NCBI RefSeq assembly: GCF_009914755.1
Contig: NC_060925.1
Reading direction: 5' to 3' (one strand)
Origin: the human T2T-CHM13v2.0 reference genome, Homo sapiens
DNA length: 64,000 nucleotides
Every line of letters begins with the position of its first letter. Position 1 is the first letter of the stretch. Both the position numbers and the translations under genes were made by a program. Positions 60,471 to 64,000 of the stretch are shown here, in pieces. The notes below the pieces were generated by a model that was not told where the DNA came from, ran no database searches, and worked only from the letters and a program-made list of their open reading frames with translations.

Positions 60471-63400
60471 GCAACATTCAAATTCAGGAAATACAGATAA
60501 CACCACTAAGATACTCCTCAAGAAGCGCAACCCCAAGACACATAATCATCAGATTCTCCAAGGTTGAAATGAAGGAAAAAATGTTAAGTGCAGCTGGAGA
60601 GAAAGGTCAGGTTACCCACAAAGGGAAGACCACCAGACTAACAGTGGATCCCTCTGCAGAAACCCTACAAGCCAGAAGAGAGTGGGGGCCAATATTCAAC
60701 ATTCTTAGAGAAAAGAATTTTCAACCCAGAATTTCATATCCAGCCAAGCTAAGCTTCATAAGTGAAGGAGAAATAAAATCCTTTCCCAACAAGCAAATGC
60801 TGAGGGATTTTGTCAACATCAGGCCTGCTTTACAAGAGCTCCTGAAGGAAGCACTAAATATGGAAAGGAGAAACCATTACCAGCCACTTTGAAAACACAC
60901 CAAAATATAAAGATCAATGACACTATGAAGAAACTGCATCAACTAATGTGCAAAATAACCAGCTAGCATCATGATGACAGAATCAAATTCATACATAACA
61001 ATATTAACCTAAAATGTAAATAGGCTAAACACCCCAATTAAAAGATGCAGATTGGCAAATCAGATAGAGTCAAGACCTGTCGGTGTGCTGTATTCAGGAG
61101 ACCCATCTCATATGCAAAGACACCCATAGGTTCAAAAAAAAAAAAAGATGGAAGAATATTTACAAAGCAAATGGAAAGCAAAAGAAAGCAGGGGTTGCAA
61201 TTCTAGTCTCTGATAAAACAGACTTTAAACCAACAAAGATCAAAAAAGACAAAGAAGGGCATTACATAATGGTAAAGGGATCAATGGAACAAGAAGAGCT
61301 AACTATCGTAAATAAATATGCATCCAATACAGGAGCACCCAGATTCATAAAACAAGTTCTTAGAGACCTACAAAGAGACTTAGACTCCCACACAATAATA
61401 GTGAGAGAATTTAACACCCCACTGTCAATATTAGACAGATCAACGAGACAGAAAATGAACAAGGATATTCAGGACTTGAACTCAGCTCTGGACTAAGTGG
61501 ACCCAATAGACATCTACAGAACTCTCCATCACAAATCAACAGAATATACATTCTTCTCAGCAGCACATAGCACTTATTCTAAAATTGACCACATAATTGG
61601 AAGTAAAACACTCCTCAGCAAATGCAAAAGAATGGTAATCATAACAAACAGTCTCTCAGACCACAGTGCAGTCAAATTAGAACTCAAGATTAAGAAGCCC
61701 ACTCAAAACAGCAAAACTACATGGAAACTGAACAACCTGCTCCTCAACAACTACGGGGTAAATAACAAAATTAAGGCAAAAATAATGTTCTTTGAAACCA
61801 ATGAGAACAAAGAGACAATGTACCAGAATCTCTGAAACACAGCTAAAGCAGTGTTTAGAGGGAAATTTATAGCACTAAATGCCCACACAAGAAAGCAGAA
61901 AAGATCTAAAGTCGACGCCCTAACATCACAATTAAAAGAACTAGAGAAGAAAGAGCAAACAAATTCAAAAGCTAGCAGAAGACAAGAAATAATTAAGACC
62001 AGAGCAGAACTGAAGAAGATAGAGACACGAAAAGCCCTTCAAAAATTCAGTGAATCCAGGAGCTGGTTTTTTGAGAAGATTAACAAAATAGGCTGCTAGC
62101 CAGACTAATAAAGAAAAGAGAGAAGATTCAAATAGACACAACAAAAAATGATAAAGGGGATATCACCACTGATCCCACAGAAATACAAACTATCATCAGA
62201 GAATACTATAAACACCTCTATGCAAATAAACCAGAAAGTCTAGAAGAAATGAATAAATTCCTGGACACATACATACACACGCCCCCTCAAGACTAAACCA
62301 GGAAGAAGTCAAATCCCTGAATAGACCAATAACAAGTTCTCAAATTGAGGCAGTAATAGCCTACCAACCAAAAAAAGTCCAGGACCAGACAGACTCATGC
62401 CAAATACTACCAGAGGTACAAAGAGGAGCTGGTACTATTCCTTCTGAAACTATTCCATACAGTAGAAAAAGAGGGACTCCTCCCTAACTCATTTTATGAG
62501 GCCAGCATCATCCTGATAGCAAAACCTGGCAGAGACACAACAAAAAAGAAAATTTCAGGCCAGTATTCCTGATGAATATCCATGCAAAAATCTTCAATAA
62601 AATACTGGCAAACTGAATCCAGCAGCACATAAATAAGCTTATCCACCACAATCAAATCAGCTTCATCCTAGGATGCAAGGCTGGTTCAACATAGGCAAAT
62701 CAATAAATGTAATCCTTCACATAAACAGAACCAATGACAAAAGCTACATTGCTACATTATTATCTCAATAGATGCAGAAAAGGCCTTCAATAAAATTCAA
62801 CACCTTCATGCTAAAAACTCTCAGTATTGCGGCACTATTCACAATAGCAAAGACTTGGAACCAACCCAAATGTCCAACAATGATAGACTGGATTAAGAAA
62901 ATGTGGCACATATACACCATGGAATACTATGCAGCCATAAAAAATGATGAGTTCATGTCCTTTGTAGGGACACGGATGAAATTGGAAATCATTCTCAGTA
63001 AAATAGCGCAAGAACAAAAAACCAAACACCGCATATTCTCACTCATAGGTGGGAATTGAACAATGAGAACGCATGGACACAGGAAGGGGAACATCACACT
63101 CTGGGGACTGTTGTGGGGTGGGGGGAGGGGGGAGGGATAGCTTTAGGAGATATACCTAATGCTAAATGACGAGTTAATGGGTGCAGCACACCAGCATGGC
63201 ACACGTATACATATGTAACCAACCTGCACATTGTGCACATGTACCCTAAAACTTAAAGTATAATAATAATAAAATAAAAAATAAAAAGAAAAATAAAAAC
63301 TCTCAGTAAACTAGGTATTGATGGAACCTATCTCAAAATAATAAGAGCTATTTATGACAAACCCATAGCCAATATCATACTGAGTGGGCAAAAGCTGGAA

Positions 63401-64000
63401 GCATTTCATTTGAAAACCAGTGTAAGACAAGGGTACCTTCTCTCACCACTCCTATTCAACATAGTATGGGAAGTTCTGGCCAGGCCAATCAGGCAAGAGA
63501 AAGAAATAAATCGTATTCAAATAGGAAGACAGGCAGTCAAATTGTCTGTTTGCAGATGACATGATTGTATATTTAGAAAACCGCATCATCTCAGCCCCAA
63601 AACTCCTTAAGCTGATAAGCAACTTCAACAAAGTCTCAGGATAAAAAATCAATGTGCAAAAATCACAAGCATTCCTGCACACCAATAATAGACAAGCAGA
63701 GAGCCAAATCATGCATGAACTCTCATTCACAATTGCTACCAAGAAAACAAAATATCTAGGAATACAACTTATAAGGGACTTGAAGGACCTCTTCAAGGAG
63801 AACTACAAACCACTGCTCAAGGAAATAAGAGGGGACACAAACGAATGGAAAAACATTCCATGCTCATGGATAGGAAGAATCAATGTTATGAAAATGGCCA
63901 CACTACTCGAAGTAATTTATAGATTCATTTCTATTCCCACCAAGCTACCATTGACTTTCTTCACATAACTAGAAAAAATGACTTTAAATTTTATTTGGAA
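60471..64000 (+). mobile_element. L1PA7/8-like element from mid-ORF1 through ORF2, running off the window; disrupted
   Basis: ORFs at 60569, 61083, 61497, 61851 and 63654. Confidence 0.9.
62827..63294 (+). mobile_element. Young 5'-truncated L1 (L1PA3-like 3' end) inserted into the host L1 RT region
   Basis: Perfect TSD aaaaactctcagta at 62813-62826 and 63295-63308; A-rich tail; non-Ta GAG state. Confidence 0.92.

Noticed and set aside
62772-63059. 95-aa ORF as a fusion protein
   Set aside because: Accidental read-through across the L1-in-L1 junction.

Overview
Primate (very probably human, chr1p13 NBPF4/5/6-type locus) genomic DNA dominated by transposable elements (L1, Alu, MaLR/ERV LTRs, MIR, DNA-transposon relics). 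There are no prokaryotic features. Two truncated genes meet tail-to-tail at about 30.1 kb. On the + strand are two intact, in-frame exons (3673-3784 and 29922-30080, 26-kb TE-filled intron) of an SLC25A24/SCaMC-1-like Ca2+-regulated mitochondrial carrier paralog that stops after the helix-1 exon. On the - strand is an NBPF4/6-type Olduvai (DUF1220) gene with seven in-phase coding exons (37703 to 30202) that is cut off at the same junction. It can be completed by a 3' exon taken from an old L1 5'UTR (27995-27916), giving a 351-aa ORF that matches my recollection of NBPF5P. Other notable structures: a patchwork junction at the carrier exon's splice donor, two in-frame acceptors in the second Olduvai exon, a 216-bp inverted repeat ending at a candidate GC donor, an orphan + strand exon-like segment with a TSD-flanked diverged copy, two twin-primed L1s, an L1-in-L1 insertion, and a full-length L1PA4/5 apparently missing its ZNF93 core site. 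Gene names, subfamily calls and consensus comparisons are from memory, not from database searches.
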